In this document: positions 61,411 to 64,000 of the stretch, piece by piece | How positions within the stretch are numbered: position 1 is the first letter of the stretch | How the letters are laid out: each line of letters begins with the position of its first letter | Source of the DNA: Lama guanicoe | Taxonomy: Eukaryota | Reading direction: 5' to 3' | Assembly (NCBI GenBank): GCA_013239625.1 | Contig: MU053934.1 | Coordinates: 11,137,003 to 11,201,002, forward strand | Length of the DNA stretch: 64,000 bases | Made by a program: the position numbers and the translations under genes | Notes under the pieces: generated by a model | The model's input: the letters and a program-made list of their open reading frames with translations, nothing else | Database searches by the model: none | What the model was told of the DNA's origin: nothing

Positions 61411-64000
61411 ACGCCTGGGGTCGGCAGGAGGTGCCTGAGCACGAGCTGACACTGGTGCCACCGGCAGACTGTGCCTGGCCCCAGGCATCACCGTGGACAT
61501 GTTTGCTGCATCTGTGCTCTGTTTTCCGGACTCAGCACTTCCATCCCCTCCACCCACGGCCACAGCCAGTCACAGCTCTGCCCTGAGCCTCCCGTTTCCC
61601 ACCTGAATGCCGTGGAGCAGGAGATGGGGCAAGGCTGCCCAGCAACCACAGCTTGTGTTCTGGTCCACGGAGGAACCGCCTGTACCTCGTTCTGCTGGGT
61701 GAGACGGCACACCGCAGGGACGTGCTCAGGATGGGGCCTCCAGGTGGGCAGCATCACTGCGGAATGGGAGTCAGAGCCTGAACGTCTGCTTCTGGGCGTG
61801 TGGCTCACCCCAGAGATGAAACTGTGATGTGAGGATGATCCCATGGGTGGTCCTGAGCCCAGCTGGGGTCTCACTCATGGGTGTGGATGGACGTGGAGGC
61901 TCACGAGGGCACCCGGGCGGGAGCGTGGAGATGGGAGAGCCTGGGGGCTGGTGCGGGGCAGGTTTCCCTGACAGTCCCAGAAAGTGCCAACTCGTCCTCC
62001 GATCACTGGGGGCTCGCACCGGGCTGACTGAGGGCGCCATGCTGCTGTGCGTCACATTCAAAGAGGGATGTGCCCTGACCTGGGCCACACTGACCGTCCT
62101 GGCTGCACCCAGCCTGGGCTTCGGGGACTGAGTCGCGGAAATGTCACTTTGGTTTGTCTCTAGGGCTGTCCAGGTCTGTTGAGTGACCACAGGTGGAGGC
62201 CCCACGGCAGGGGTGCACAGGGCTCGCCGAGGGCCCAGGGGAGGTGGACAGGACACAGCTCGAAGGAACACATAGATCCCTGAGGTAGGCGCTGGGCTGG
62301 CCCTGCAGTGGGTGCAGAGGAGTGCCGAGGGGGCCGGGGCCAGCAGGTCCTGACCCCAGGCCCAGTGTCAGCATCCAACTCCCGCACCGACTGCTGGAAA
62401 AGCCTGGTGGGTGGGTGGTGACGTCCGACAGGCAAAAAAAAAAAAAAGATCTGTTTGTTGGGGAATGAGAGCACGGACAGAATTCTCTTTGGAAACTAAT
62501 TGCCGGGTGAATTCTTCCCACCGAGGCCGTGACCAGGCAGGGTCCAGGCCGTGGGTTCCTTCGGCCCACTTCGCCCATTCCCGCCCGCTGCTGTCTTCTG
62601 GCTTATTTACCGGCAGGAAGTTGCTCTTAAGTGCGCATCGGGGCACTTTTAAAACAGAACGTTAGCGCATCTCGGGAGCGCTTCTCCCTGGTTTGGGTTT
62701 GTTTTAATTTGCAGCATCGCATGGTGAGGATTCCAGATCACGGCCTGCAGGCCTGGGGGTGAAGCGAGCACGCGGACTCTGTCAGCGTGTGTCTGCCTGC
62801 CTCCAGGCCCGGGCGCCTCTGCCTCGCCGCCCCAGCCCCTCCGCTCTGCGGTGCTGGTGGTGTTTGTCCCCCGTGCCACACAGACACAGCACAGGATGAT
62901 CACCCAGGCATTAGTCATCGCTGAGCTGGGGAGGCAAACAAAGACAGGCCGAAGCTTTGTTTCCAGGATGGGCACTGTGTCCTCGATGAACGGTGATTGT
63001 TACAAATGTGGGGTTTCAGGGATCCAGGTGGCCCGGCGCCGAGGGGAAGGAGGAGGCAGCCTGGCTGCGGGCGGCTCCCGTCGGTGAGGCCTGGAGGGTA
63101 GGCGGACCGGGAGGTAAAATTGCCACTCTGAGCTGCCCGCGTCTGTATTGTATTTGTCGTTAAGCGTCGCGTTCATTTCTGGGCGGCCCTGGGCTGCGTC
63201 AGCATGGCCCCCGTCCGCTGTCCTGCGTCCATGAACTTGGGGCGGCATCAGGGCCTCCAGTCATGAGCTGCTGGGAGGAGGGTCCCTGTTTGCTCAGCTC
63301 CTGCTCGGAGCCAACTGGAGCCCTGGGCTCGGCTGCAGAGAGGACCGGGACCCGTCAGGAGGGAAACGTGTTCCAGGAAAGGAGCCCAGTCTTCCGGGCA
63401 GCACTGGGCGGCCCAGGGTCGGGGCACAGGGCAGGGGGGCCTCTGCACCTTTCAGCCCTCCCGTGAGGACCACTCCCGAATGCCCTCCTTCCCCCGTGCT
63501 GGGACCTCCCTGGGCCCCACCCCTCGCAGCTGCTCCCCACCTCCCCTCCCTCACAGGCCCCCTGCGGCTTCTCTTCCCAGGACCCCTCCTGCTTGCATCC
63601 GGGACTGGGCGCGTTTCGCGTGAGGGACCTCGTCCCCTGCTGGTCGCTGGGTGCCGGGGTGAGCGATGGCACCCAGGTGACCACCACAGTCAGAGCGGCC
63701 CAGACGTCGGACGCAGGGCCGCAGTAAATGAGGAAAACAGTTGTGTCCGTATGAGGATGGAGACAAAGCCACCTTCCAGGGGCCTCTGAGGGGCTTTGCA
63801 GGACGTCTCAGCTCCGTGGGTGGCCGTTGCACGGGGAGGCTGGCAGCTGGCTCTCCTGGGGTGTTTTCCCAGGCCCAGGTCTGTGGCGGCTTTCGTCACT
63901 GCAGAGGTGTTTTGGGAGGGGCAAGGGGGCCGGGGTGTTGGGGGAGCCTCTGGGACCCCTGAGGGCCCCACCTGCCCCACCTCTCCTGACTGTGTCCACC

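Larger units (their letters stand above)
37724..64000 (+). other. TAFA5: TAFA5 intron 1 (continues past the window end)
   Basis: Starts at the GTGAGT donor; no further TAFA5 peptide in the ORF track; mammalian TAFA5 intron 1 is known to be very long. Confidence 0.85.

Noticed and set aside
37724..64000. Alternative TAFA5 first exon (MQLLKALW...) or exon 2
   Set aside because: Neither peptide seen in the ORF track or by eye; frames under 60 codons were not exhaustively checked.

Overview
Mammalian genomic DNA, almost certainly camelid (two Vic-1-type tRNA-derived SINEs), from a GC-rich region. The only protein-coding sequence I can support is the first coding exon of TAFA5/FAM19A5 (37612-37723, + strand) in a CpG island. 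The first ~37 kb is upstream sequence and the last ~26 kb is intron 1; no further TAFA5 exon is visible. The rest is largely interspersed repeats: old and younger L1s (some nested, some 5'-inverted), a decayed ERVL provirus (MLT2 LTR plus gag/pro), solo LTRs, MIR and L2. There are also AT-rich islands that look like conserved enhancers. The most unusual object is a 264-bp in-phase telomere-variant array in intron 1 (48667-48930). It has a 66-bp higher-order duplication, chains of DR6-spaced RGGTCA half-sites, an abutting RE1-like motif and an AUG-led poly(Val-Arg) frame. Old repeats also appear shifted towards GC. Repeat family names come from recalled consensus sequences and their boundaries are approximate. 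There is no CRISPR or prokaryotic system, and I cannot establish a new biological system from sequence alone.
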